A DNA stretch of 64,000 bases from Verrucomicrobiota bacterium. GTDB taxonomy: Bacteria; Verrucomicrobiota; Verrucomicrobiia; Limisphaerales; JACDHS01. The stretch is taken from positions 17,865 through 81,864 of the forward strand of contig JACDHS010000006.1 of the NCBI GenBank assembly GCA_013820875.1, in the 5' to 3' direction. Positions 25,085-33,241 of the stretch are shown one piece after another. Position numbers and translations under genes: made by a program. The notes beneath the pieces are model-generated. The model did not search any database and had not been told where the DNA came from. It worked only from the letters and a program-made list of their open reading frames with translations. The number at the start of each line of letters is the position of its first letter. The stretch's first letter is position 1.

Positions 25085-25206
25085 GCTAACATGCGCTGCA
25101 GTGAACTGCTCCGGGCGTCACGGCAACTGCTTCCGCCGCCGCCTTTCCGCCCACCATGCAGCTACCGCGCCACCTTCCGCAGTCGCTGAGCTTGGGGTCG
25201 TTAGCC
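25084..25206 (+). repeat. attC-like element (GGCTAAC ... GTTAGCC), 123 bp
   Basis: Inverse core GGCTAAC at 25084-90 overlaps the TAG stop. The exact complement GTTAGCC lies at 25200-06. Inner arms are partly complementary (gctgcagtgaactgc against gcagtcgctgagc). Confidence 0.5.
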
Positions 25207-25227
25207 CGCAATCGCACGTCAACTAAT

Positions 25228-25533
25228 ATGAGACCATTGGGACATCCTCCAGACGCAGAATCTGACGAAGACTCCATAGAGATGATTCGCGGATGGATAG
25301 TTGATGGTGAGCTTCAGATTTCTTTGGCCGCATGGGTTTGGGTCGACGAACCCAACCAATGGGGACGCTTACTTGCGGAGTCCGCGTGTCATCTCGCTGA
25401 TGCCATTTCAGAAGAAACCGGGAAGAATCGAGATGAGGTGTTTCGCGCCATTACCGAGAGTTTGATTCACCATTTGCGTCATCCTCCAACTGACTTGGAG
25501 GGTGATCACGTCAGTCCCGTCGACCCAGTATGA
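25228..25533 (+). CDS. Cassette ORF: hypothetical protein (101 aa)
   Basis: Trimmed to ATG 25228 (MRPLGHPPDAESDEDSIEMIRGWIVDGELQISLAAW...), which places the start after the core site at 25200. Confidence 0.5.
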   Translation: MRPLGHPPDAESDEDSIEMIRGWIVDGELQISLAAWVWVDEPNQWGRLLAESACHLADAISEETGKNRDEVFRAITESLIHHLRHPPTDLEGDHVSPVDPV

Positions 25534-25540
25534 AGACTCT

Positions 25541-25633
25541 GGCTAACCAACCGCATGCACTAAACCCCGCGATAGCGCTGTGGTTTCAAATTGAGTATCA
25601 CTGGCGCGGGGTCAGTGATGCGGGACGTTCGGC
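25541..25633 (+). repeat. attC-like imperfect palindrome (GGCTAAC ... GTTCGGC), 93 bp
   Basis: ggctaaccaaccgcatgcactaaaccccgcg pairs with cgcggggtcagtgatgcgggacgttcggc. The paired blocks are cgcgggg, agtg, atgcgg and gtt, with extrahelical bases between them. It ends 6 nt before ATG 25640. Confidence 0.65.
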
Positions 25634-25639
25634 AAAAGT

Positions 25640-26122
25640 ATGACACGCGCACTGGCATTGATTCTGATGTTGTTTCTCACGGCGTGTTCTGACGTGGGTG
25701 ATACCAGGCTGGATGGTACGTGGGCTTCTGATCGGGAAGCCACTGTTGCTTATGGCAGGTCTCTGAGCCCCGACATGGACTGGGGCAAGTATTCTCAAAT
25801 TTTCGGACACCTTCGTGTGACATATGACGCCAATACAATGACCACCGATTTTCAGGGGCATGTTGAGCGCCGTCCGCTTCGACTTGTGCGCAGGGATAAG
25901 GATTCAGTGACAGCCAAGGTGTGGGATGATCTCGATGAGAAGGAGCGTCTGGTCACGATTCACTTTGTGGATGCGGATACTTATTGGATATACATTCGGG
26001 ACACGGATCATCGAGAGTATTTTAAAAGATTGAAGGAGGCCAAACCAAGCGATGCACCTAATGACGGCCCCGCCATGTCAGTTGAGGAGTCGGATGGCTC
26101 TGGAGGGGGCCGTCATCGGTGA
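25640..26122 (+). CDS. Cassette ORF: small lipoprotein (lipobox LTAC)
   Basis: MTRALALILMLFLTAC|SD signal/lipobox. The last roughly 28 codons are encoded by attC-like element A1. Confidence 0.6.
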   Translation: MTRALALILMLFLTACSDVGDTRLDGTWASDREATVAYGRSLSPDMDWGKYSQIFGHLRVTYDANTMTTDFQGHVERRPLRLVRRDKDSVTAKVWDDLDEKERLVTIHFVDADTYWIYIRDTDHREYFKRLKEAKPSDAPNDGPAMSVEESDGSGGGRHR

Positions 26123-26137
26123 TCTTGCACGTTAGGC
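26039..26137 (+). repeat. attC-like element A1 (GCCAAAC ... GTTAGGC), homologous to A2
   Basis: Stems are atgacggcccc/ggggccgtcat, cacc/ggtg and caag/cttg. The canonical core GTTAGGC at 26131-37 lies 13 nt before ATG 26151. About 75% of the sequence is alignable to 27576-27669. Confidence 0.6.
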
Positions 26138-26150
26138 CGCTTCTCACGTC

Positions 26151-26420
26151 ATGAACAGCATCTGGATTTTTAACGGCCCGAAGTCGCAGTTTCCTTCTGG
26201 CGTGTTCACGCAGCGTGAAGCTGCCGAGAGTTGGATTCGCCAGCATGGTTTGAGCGGCACTCTCACAGCGTATCCCGTGGACATCGGCACGTATGACTGG
26301 GCAGTCAGCGCAGGACATTTCACTCCGAAGCGAGACGACCAGCGAAGCGCAGAGTTCATTCAGCGCTTCAGTTCTGCCACGCAGGAGCATTATCATTATG
26401 AGCACGGCAACGAGGCCTAA
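26151..26420 (+). CDS. Cassette ORF: hypothetical small protein (89 aa)
   Basis: MNSIWIFNGPKSQFPSGVFTQREAAESWIRQHGLSGTLTAYPVDIGTYDWAV... It starts right after the core site. I cannot assign a family with confidence. Confidence 0.5.
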   Translation: MNSIWIFNGPKSQFPSGVFTQREAAESWIRQHGLSGTLTAYPVDIGTYDWAVSAGHFTPKRDDQRSAEFIQRFSSATQEHYHYEHGNEA

Positions 26421-27252
26421 CAAATCACCCCACATGAATATTACGGGAAGACAGAAGGTTGTTGCGACTGCCGCGATAGCGGCGGCCATTCTCGCGCTTT
26501 GGGCACTCTGGCCTTCAGGACCGTCGTATCAGGGAAGATCGATGAAGAGCTGGTTCTATGACCGCGGCGAGAATGATACGGAGGCTTTTCGAGCAATGGG
26601 CAGCGCGGGTGTGCCGTTTCTGATCGAACGGCTGGAGGATGCTCCGTCGGAACGCGTGACGCTCCTGGTAAAGTTGTCCATTGTGAGTAAGGAGTCCTAC
26701 CGTCAAAATAAGGTGATGTGGCAACACAGGGCGGCATATTTGCTGGGAGAGATGGGGACGGCGGCGCAGAAGGCGGAGCCGAAACTGGCGAAGGCGGCAA
26801 CGAGTGAAAACTGGAGCTTACGCGGAGGTGCGACGGTTGCCCTGATGAAGATCAGGCAGGAATCGCCTGACTCCTTGATCGAACAACTGCGCGACACGAG
26901 CGACCCGCAGGCCTGGTATCAAACCGGAATGATGGTTGGGCAGTTCGGAGCGCAGTCGGAACCGGCAGTGCCGATCCTGCTGGAAGCCCTTCAGCACACC
27001 AACAATGTCATCCAAGCGCACGCGCTCATCGCGTTGGGAATGATTGCCAGGCAGCCCGACAAGTGCATCCCTGCCATCGTTCCATTCCTGACCTCGCCGA
27101 ATGTCAGTGACCGGCAGAAGGCGATCGGGGCACTACTCGCTTACAGAACCAATGCGTTGCCCGCGACAGATGCGATTCAAAAGGCATTGAGCGATTCCGA
27201 CCCATGGGTGCGGAGCGATGCCGCCGCCGCCATGAAGATTTTGCAACAATAG
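26398..27252 (+). CDS. Cassette ORF: HEAT-repeat protein with N-terminal membrane anchor
   Basis: I prefer ATG 26398 (AGGAG 10 nt upstream), which overlaps the previous ORF by 23 nt; the alternative is ATG 26434. TM segment VVATAAIAAAILALWALW. Repeated helical pairs (..AAYLLGEMG.., ..ALIALGMIA.., ..AIGALLAY..) are HEAT/PBS-lyase-like. Confidence 0.6.
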   Translation: MSTATRPNKSPHMNITGRQKVVATAAIAAAILALWALWPSGPSYQGRSMKSWFYDRGENDTEAFRAMGSAGVPFLIERLEDAPSERVTLLVKLSIVSKESYRQNKVMWQHRAAYLLGEMGTAAQKAEPKLAKAATSENWSLRGGATVALMKIRQESPDSLIEQLRDTSDPQAWYQTGMMVGQFGAQSEPAVPILLEALQHTNNVIQAHALIALGMIARQPDKCIPAIVPFLTSPNVSDRQKAIGALLAYRTNALPATDAIQKALSDSDPWVRSDAAAAMKILQQ

Positions 27253-27283
27253 AAACCCTGGAAAACAGGGATGAAATTGTCGG

Positions 27284-27362
27284 ATCGGGTAGCCGGAAGG
27301 ATTGACCTCCCGGCCCCCACACCACCTGACATGCGGGTCCGCTTCAGGCGGTTCCGGTCAGA
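27284..27362 (+). repeat. Element B, copy 2
   Basis: atcgggtagccggaaggattgacctcccggcccccacaccacctgacatgcgggtccgcttcaggcggttccggtcaga. It begins 32 nt after the HEAT gene stop. Confidence 0.85.
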
Positions 27363-27575
27363 TTATCGTCTGACAGTTTCCCTTTCGGGCTCTGCCCTTC
27401 GTAATGCAGTTCGATCCATCGTGCCTTCAAATCCGGCACGGCTTGTTCCCTCGCGATTCCGCAGTTGTTTCTGTTTGCTTTTGAGATCATCCTGCTTTTC
27501 ATCCGAGAAATCAGATGATCATTTTCTCACATAGAAGACTTCCATCCCATCAATTCACGCCCATGTCAGGCGCAC

Positions 27576-27669
27576 ACCAAGCGATGTACCGAATGACGGC
27601 CACGCCCCGCCAGTTGAGAATTCGGATGTTTCGGGGAGGGGGCCTCATCGATGATCTTGATGGTTCGGC
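27576..27669 (+). repeat. attC-like element A2 (... GTTCGGC), homologous to A1
   Basis: It aligns with 26044-26137. CCGAA (27589-93) and TTCGG (27664-68) replace A1's CCTAA and TTAGG. It ends 18 nt before ATG 27688. Confidence 0.55.
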
Positions 27670-27687
27670 AGGAGCACAACGCTTTCC

Positions 27688-28266
27688 ATGACCGCCCTAA
27701 TTCATTCGAAGCGACTGGACCTGGTTCCCATGACTCCGGCATTCCTCCGTGCTTCACTGGAAGGCAACATCCAGAGAGCGGAACAGGAACTGCAACTGTC
27801 TTTACCTTCGGGATGGCCTGGGGAAAACGCGGATATGCTATCCCTCCGGCTCAAACAACTCGAAGACGACCCGACCCTTCAGCCGTGGTTGGTCCGTGCA
27901 ATGGTCCTTCGAGGGGCTGCCATCATGGTCGGGCACATTGGCTTCCACACTGCACCGGATGCGGATTACCTTCGGCCACTCTGTCCCGGGGGCGTCGAGT
28001 TTGGCTTCACCGTATTTCCTTCCTTCCAGCGCCAGGGATTCACCCGCGAAGCTGCCATTGCCCTAATGCATTGGGCGAGTCGGACTCATGACGTGAAACG
28101 CTTCGTGCTGTCAATTCGACCGGACAATGTTCCATCCCAACGTCTCGCCGCCCAACTGGGATTTCTCCGTGTCGGGTCTCATGTTGACGAGATTGATGGC
28201 TTTGAGGAAATTTTGGAACGCAGAATCTTGAGTGACGATGCCCAATCGGGTAGCCGGAAGGATTGA
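27688..28266 (+). CDS. Cassette ORF: GNAT family N-acetyltransferase (RimJ/RimL-like)
   Basis: FGFTVFPSFQRQGFTREAAIALMHWA (acetyl-CoA motif A, Q/RxxGxG/A-like) and NVPSQRLAAQLGF. The last codons (..DAQSGSRKD*) are encoded by element B. Confidence 0.8.
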   Translation: MTALIHSKRLDLVPMTPAFLRASLEGNIQRAEQELQLSLPSGWPGENADMLSLRLKQLEDDPTLQPWLVRAMVLRGAAIMVGHIGFHTAPDADYLRPLCPGGVEFGFTVFPSFQRQGFTREAAIALMHWASRTHDVKRFVLSIRPDNVPSQRLAAQLGFLRVGSHVDEIDGFEEILERRILSDDAQSGSRKD

Positions 28267-28325
28267 CCGTTCCGGCCCCCACACCACCTGATATGCGGGT
28301 CCGCATCAGGCGGTTCCGGTCAGAC
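28244..28325 (+). repeat. Element B, copy 3
   Basis: aatcgggtagccggaaggattgaccgttccggcccccacaccacctgatatgcgggtccgcatcaggcggttccggtcaga. It overlaps the GNAT stop codon. Confidence 0.85.
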
Positions 28326-28378
28326 CGCTTCAAAAAACAATTGGCGCCATCGCATCGAACGAGGTGCCCGTGACGTCA

Positions 28379-29755
28379 CTATTTCTCTGCAATGCAGTAG
28401 AGGTATTGGTGACCCCGCACAAAAATCTCTTTGCCGACCATCGCGAAAGAGGCATCGGTTTTGTCATCCAGTTTATTGGTGGCAATAATTTCGAGCTCCG
28501 GACCTTTTTTCAACACCACACAGGTGCCTTCACGACCCAGCACATAGATCCGATCTTTTGCGGCGACGGGTGAAGCGTAGATTCCATACAGACCCTCCAA
28601 CCGTTCGTGCTCGAAATGAATTTTCCCGGTCTTCTTGTCGAAACAAGAGAGGACGCCGTTGTTGCCGGCAACGATGTAAAGTAAATCATCCACCAGCAAT
28701 GGTGACGGAACGTAAGGAGTGCTTTTATTATGACTCCAGCGAACGGCATCTGTGTCGGTGAGATCGCCTGTGCGACCTAGCGCGATGGCCTGCAAAGCAT
28801 TGCCCCGGAAACCGCTCGTCACGTAAACGGTGTCTTCGTCTGCGACGGGAGTGGGGATGGCATTGAGCGTTTGACCGGCGCATTCCCAGATCAATTTGCC
28901 AGTCTGCAAATCATAGGACCGGATTTTGTTCGTCCCATTGATAATGACCTGCGGTTTGCCATTGTGCTCGACGACGAGCGGAGTGGTCCAGTTGGTTGGT
29001 TCATCGCGCTTCTGTTTCCAAAGTTCTTTGCCGGTGTTCTTATCGAGCGCGACAATGAAATCATCACCTTCATGGTCCCAGAGAACGACGACGGTGTTTC
29101 CATGCAAGGCGGCAGAGGAACCTTCCCCGAAACCGTTGCGCGTCTGCATGTCGCCAAAATCTTTCTCCCATTTCAAATTCCCCTTCATGTCGTAGCAATA
29201 AAGTCCGCGGGAACCAAAGTAGGCGAGGACATGTTTGCCATCGGTCATCGGGGATGCGGAAGCAAAGCCGTGATCTTTATGGTGCCCTTCGTGCGGTGTT
29301 TCTTCGCGCGCAACGTGTTGCCAAAGAACTTTTCCAGTGGTGCGATCGTAAGAAATGAGGGTGAACTGGTAAGATTCATCAGGCGCGGGTTCAGCCCCGA
29401 ATCCACCGCCGCCGCCACCGCTACGTCTGCGGCCTTCTCTGTCGCCCCGGTTCTCTGCCGGTTGGTCTGATGCTGTTTTCTTTTCCGCTGCCTTTTTGCC
29501 GGAAGGAACGGCTGTGGAAATAAAGACCTGGTTACCCCAGATGATCGGCGTGGAAGAACCGAACCCGGGGATTTTCACTTTCCACTTCACATTCTCCGTC
29601 TCGCTCCATTTCAGCGGTGGCTCCGCTTGAGCAACACCATCCATGGTGGGCCCACGCCATTGAGGCCAATTCTGGCTGCTGGATTGTGCGATCGCAGGGG
29701 TGACGATGTATGAAGTGAGAACAGCAAGAACGCCAAGAGTGGTAAGCCATTTCAT
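28379..29755 (-). CDS. Secreted PQQ-like beta-propeller repeat protein (BamB-like fold)
   Basis: Trimmed to ATG 29755 (MKWLTTLGVLAVLTSYIVTPAIAQ). It has NWPQWRGPTMDG followed by repeated W/G beta-propeller blades. Confidence 0.75.
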   Translation of the reverse strand: MKWLTTLGVLAVLTSYIVTPAIAQSSSQNWPQWRGPTMDGVAQAEPPLKWSETENVKWKVKIPGFGSSTPIIWGNQVFISTAVPSGKKAAEKKTASDQPAENRGDREGRRRSGGGGGGFGAEPAPDESYQFTLISYDRTTGKVLWQHVAREETPHEGHHKDHGFASASPMTDGKHVLAYFGSRGLYCYDMKGNLKWEKDFGDMQTRNGFGEGSSAALHGNTVVVLWDHEGDDFIVALDKNTGKELWKQKRDEPTNWTTPLVVEHNGKPQVIINGTNKIRSYDLQTGKLIWECAGQTLNAIPTPVADEDTVYVTSGFRGNALQAIALGRTGDLTDTDAVRWSHNKSTPYVPSPLLVDDLLYIVAGNNGVLSCFDKKTGKIHFEHERLEGLYGIYASPVAAKDRIYVLGREGTCVVLKKGPELEIIATNKLDDKTDASFAMVGKEIFVRGHQYLYCIAEK

Positions 29756-29866
29756 AGTTCTGATGTCGAATTTAGCCTGCAATGGCGTCGGCGTCGCGAA
29801 CAAAGTTTTTGAAAAGACTGTCGAAATCAGCCGCATTCCGGCAAACCAATCAGTGTAAAACTGCAT

Positions 29867-31099
29867 ATGACTACTATTCAGCACTCAAAGCACCAGGCAT
29901 TGGCCAAAACATTCATCCTGCTCTTCACCGTTGCCCTGATGTTTGGGCAATCCGCCGTGGCGCAAGTGAAGGTGGCAGTTCAGGAGAAACGCACCTGGGA
30001 GTTTAAGGACGCGGGCATCCGTTTTAACAATGATTTTCCCGGCGCACGACTGAATGAATGTTCGCAGGTCGGCAGCAACCAGTTTCGTATTTTGATCCTC
30101 CCCGAGAATGCGCCGGTTAACAATAGTCCGTGGTTTGCTTTCCAGGTGGTTGCCAAACGACCCACGACGGTCACGGTGACACTCGCCTATGAAAAGGGAA
30201 AACATCGTTACCACCCCAAGATCAGCCATGACGGAAAGACCTGGACCATGCTCGGCGCAAATGCTTATCACCGCGACCGCGAGAAGAATGAAGCGGCGCT
30301 CACTTTTAAAGTTGGACCCAAACCGGTCTGGATCGCTGCGCAGGAAATGATCGGCGGCAAAGAACTCACCGCGTGGATGAACGGATTGAGCAAACGCAAG
30401 TTTGTCGAAAAAAGTTTGGTCGGAAAATCCATGCAAGGCCGGGCAATCGAACAACTGGAGATCGGTAGCGGTTCGAGTTCGAATTACGTGTTTATAATCG
30501 GTCGCCAGCATCCGCCGGAAGTAACCGGCTCTTTTGGCCTGATGAGTTTCACTGAAACCATCGCCGGGAACTCCAGTGTCGCGCAGAATTTCCGGAAGCA
30601 TTTCAGCACGATTGTTATTCCACTCCTGAATCCGGACGGGGTGGAGCATGGGCATTGGCGGCACAATATGGGTGGAGTGGATCTGAATCGTGACTGGAAT
30701 AAATTCGACCAACCGGAAACCACGCTCGTGCGGGATCACCTGGTAAAAATCGGCAGCCCAACAGGAGCACGCGTTTTCCTGATGCTCGATTTTCATTCCA
30801 CGGGTAATGACATTTTTTACACCCAGACGGATGCGCAAAAAACGTTTCCTGAAGATTTTACAAAGAATTGGCTGGCGGCGATCCAGGGGCGATTCCCGGA
30901 TTACAAAGTGGTTCGCAGCGGTTCACACGATCCGCGCGGCAATACTTCGAAGGTCTGGGGTTTCATGCAGTTCGGCGCTGCGTGCATTACCTATGAACTC
31001 GGTGACAACACAGATCGGAAGCGGATTCGACAAATTACTTCTGGAGCTGCCGAAGAGATGATGAAGATGTTTCTCGCTGAAATCGGGGAGAGGAATTAA
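29867..31099 (+). CDS. M14 family zinc carboxypeptidase, secreted
   Basis: It has a signal peptide. GRQHPPEVTG gives the HxxE zinc ligands and LDFHSTG supplies the third ligand His. Confidence 0.75.
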   Translation: MTTIQHSKHQALAKTFILLFTVALMFGQSAVAQVKVAVQEKRTWEFKDAGIRFNNDFPGARLNECSQVGSNQFRILILPENAPVNNSPWFAFQVVAKRPTTVTVTLAYEKGKHRYHPKISHDGKTWTMLGANAYHRDREKNEAALTFKVGPKPVWIAAQEMIGGKELTAWMNGLSKRKFVEKSLVGKSMQGRAIEQLEIGSGSSSNYVFIIGRQHPPEVTGSFGLMSFTETIAGNSSVAQNFRKHFSTIVIPLLNPDGVEHGHWRHNMGGVDLNRDWNKFDQPETTLVRDHLVKIGSPTGARVFLMLDFHSTGNDIFYTQTDAQKTFPEDFTKNWLAAIQGRFPDYKVVRSGSHDPRGNTSKVWGFMQFGAACITYELGDNTDRKRIRQITSGAAEEMMKMFLAEIGERN

Positions 31100-31464
31100 A
31101 GCACTGGTGGACGCAAAAGCTTAAACGGGTTCCCAGGCTATCACGCGGGAATTTAGCGGACGATCATTGAACCTACCGCGCCAAATCCTTCTTTCGTCAA
31201 GGTAGCCCATGCAGGAATAGCGTTCGCAATGCGCTACGACAGGAACAAACGGGGCCGGCAGATAGTCAACAATGACTCTGCTCTGCTCGGTCAAACCCCT
31301 AAAATTCCATTTGGATTCGTTCATGACTACTCCAGCGTGCGAACACGGGGTGATAAAAAACCGGTGCGATAGCAGCGGATCCCAACACAAGAACTATGAT
31401 ACAAACTTATGGTTTATGCACGGGAAGAATTGGCGACTGACCGATCGCTTGGAGCATTGGGTTA

Positions 31465-32634
31465 TTATGGAATCGGCTCCACCAAAGCGTTTCGCGCCTG
31501 CACGACACGCCGGACAGCCTCTTCAACGGTTGAACCCACCGCCGTAAGGTGACCCATCTTACGTCCAACCCGCGCATCCCTCTTGCCGTAGAGATGCAGT
31601 TTTACGTGCGGATTTTGCAAAGCAGCGGCCCAGTTCGGTTCGCCACGTTCCCAAAGATCACCGAGAAGATTGGCCATCGCGCTGGGTTGACGCAGTTCAG
31701 TTGAACCGAGTGGCAATCCGCAAACAGCGCGCACTTGCTGCTCAAATTGACTTGTGACACTGGCATCAATTGTCAGGTGCCCGGAATTGTGTGTGCGCGG
31801 GGCCAATTCGTTTACAAGCACTTTGCCCGACTTTGTGAGGAACATTTCCACTGTAACCAACCCGACGACATTCAACTTTTCCAGAATACCGCGTGCGAGT
31901 TCATCCGCTTCAGCAGCCAGGCGCGGATCGATCGTAGCGGGAGCAAACGTCACATCCAAAATGTGATTGGAATGCGAGTTTTCGAAAACCGGGAATGCGG
32001 CAAACTGACCATTAAGACCTCGCGCAGCCACTACGGAAATTTCCTTTTCGAAATCAACGAACGCTTCGTAAATCCCTTCTGCTCCGTTCAACCTGGCAAA
32101 AGCGCCTGGCAGTTCATCGGCACTTTTGATTTTAACCTGTCCCTTGCCGTCGTAACCGAAGCTGGCTGTTTTTAAAACAGCAGGAAGACCAAGTTCTTTC
32201 GCGGCATCTTCGAGGTTTTGCAGAGAACTGATGCGACGAAAGGGCGTCACGGGAAAGCCGTTTTCGGACAGGAAAGTTTTTTCCCGCAAACGATGTTGTG
32301 TCACATGCAATACGTGTCCGTCAGGTCGAACCGGGACAATTTCCGAAGCAGCCTGGGTCGTGGCGGAGGGAACGTTTTCGAATTCGAAAGTTACAACATC
32401 CACTTGACGTGCGAAGTCGCGGATTTTATCGAGGTCATCGTAGGAACCTGAAATTTCCAGGTCTGCAACATGGCCGGTGGGCGTATCGTTTTCCGGTGAG
32501 TAAGTGATGATGCGATAGCCAAGCTCACGCGCGGCAATCGCGAACATACGTCCAAGCTGTCCGCTGCCAAGGACACCGATGGTGGCGCCAGGGAGGATTA
32601 TCTTGTTACCAGATTTCTGCTGCACGAATTGCAT
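31465..32634 (-). CDS. purK: N5-carboxyaminoimidazole ribonucleotide synthase
   Basis: 389 aa. IGVLGSGQLGRMFAIAARELGY plus ATP-grasp motifs. It lies directly downstream of purE. Confidence 0.9.
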   Translation of the reverse strand: MQFVQQKSGNKIILPGATIGVLGSGQLGRMFAIAARELGYRIITYSPENDTPTGHVADLEISGSYDDLDKIRDFARQVDVVTFEFENVPSATTQAASEIVPVRPDGHVLHVTQHRLREKTFLSENGFPVTPFRRISSLQNLEDAAKELGLPAVLKTASFGYDGKGQVKIKSADELPGAFARLNGAEGIYEAFVDFEKEISVVAARGLNGQFAAFPVFENSHSNHILDVTFAPATIDPRLAAEADELARGILEKLNVVGLVTVEMFLTKSGKVLVNELAPRTHNSGHLTIDASVTSQFEQQVRAVCGLPLGSTELRQPSAMANLLGDLWERGEPNWAAALQNPHVKLHLYGKRDARVGRKMGHLTAVGSTVEEAVRRVVQARNALVEPIP

Positions 32635-32659
32635 TAAGCGAAAAATGAAACTGAACGGC

Positions 32660-33160
32660 TCACTTTTTCAATCGCCGATTCGATAAAACTTTTTTGGTTT
32701 GTCGCTTTCGGAACCCGTCATAGGCAGCACGACAGTCCGGATACTTTGCCCCAAGCATCGCCGTTGCAAGAAGCGCGGCGTTGATCGCGCCAGGCTTGCC
32801 AATCGCCAGGCTGCCGACAGGAACGCCTGCTGGCATTTGGGCGATCGAAAGGAGTGAATCAAGACCTTTTAACGCTTTCGATTCCACCGGAACACCGAGC
32901 ACGGGTAGCACCGTTTTTGAGGCGCACATTCCCGGCAAATGCGCGGCGCCCCCTGCTCCCGCGATGATAATTTCCAACCCGCGCTCCGCAGCCGTACCAG
33001 CATATTCGAAAAGCCAGTCAGGTGTACGATGAGCAGAAACAACGTTCGTCTCGTAGGGCACCTTCATTTCATCCAGTTGCGCGGCGGCATGTTGCATGGT
33101 TTCCCAATCGGATTGACTTCCCATGATAATTCCAACAAGCGGCTTTTTATTATTCGCCAT
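32660..33160 (-). CDS. purE: N5-carboxyaminoimidazole ribonucleotide mutase
   Basis: Trimmed to ATG 33160 ([22 protein letters not shown]...). Motifs: SAHRTP and [10 protein letters not shown]. Confidence 0.9.
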   Translation of the reverse strand: MANNKKPLVGIIMGSQSDWETMQHAAAQLDEMKVPYETNVVSAHRTPDWLFEYAGTAAERGLEIIIAGAGGAAHLPGMCASKTVLPVLGVPVESKALKGLDSLLSIAQMPAGVPVGSLAIGKPGAINAALLATAMLGAKYPDCRAAYDGFRKRQTKKVLSNRRLKK

Positions 33161-33241
33161 AAGCAGGCGCAGTTTTATCGTCGGAAAGCGTTGTGTCGAA
33201 AGAAAACTTGCTACCGCAGAGTCGAAACCTAAGCTCGCGCC

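Larger units (their letters stand above)
22238..28325 (+). mobile_element. Integron-type gene-cassette array with no integrase in the window (CALIN-like)
   Basis: There are 10 co-oriented small ORFs. GTTRRRY-like cores lie 3-22 nt upstream of the ATGs at 22248, 22981, 23806, 24521, 25228, 25640, 26151 and 27688. Imperfect palindromes with GGCTAAC-type inverse cores sit at the preceding stop codons. Confidence 0.6.

Noticed and set aside
25156-25227. The longer version of the cassette ORF starting at 25156, which would span the attC-like core at 25200.
   Set aside because: That start lies inside the attC-like element. ATG 25228, downstream of the core, fits the pattern seen for all other cassettes.
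31121-31324. A 67-aa minus-strand ORF (MNESKWNFRGLTEQSRVIVDYLPAPF...) between the M14 peptidase gene and purK.
   Set aside because: It has no recognisable motif or ribosome-binding site and is short. It could be real, but the sequence alone does not support it.
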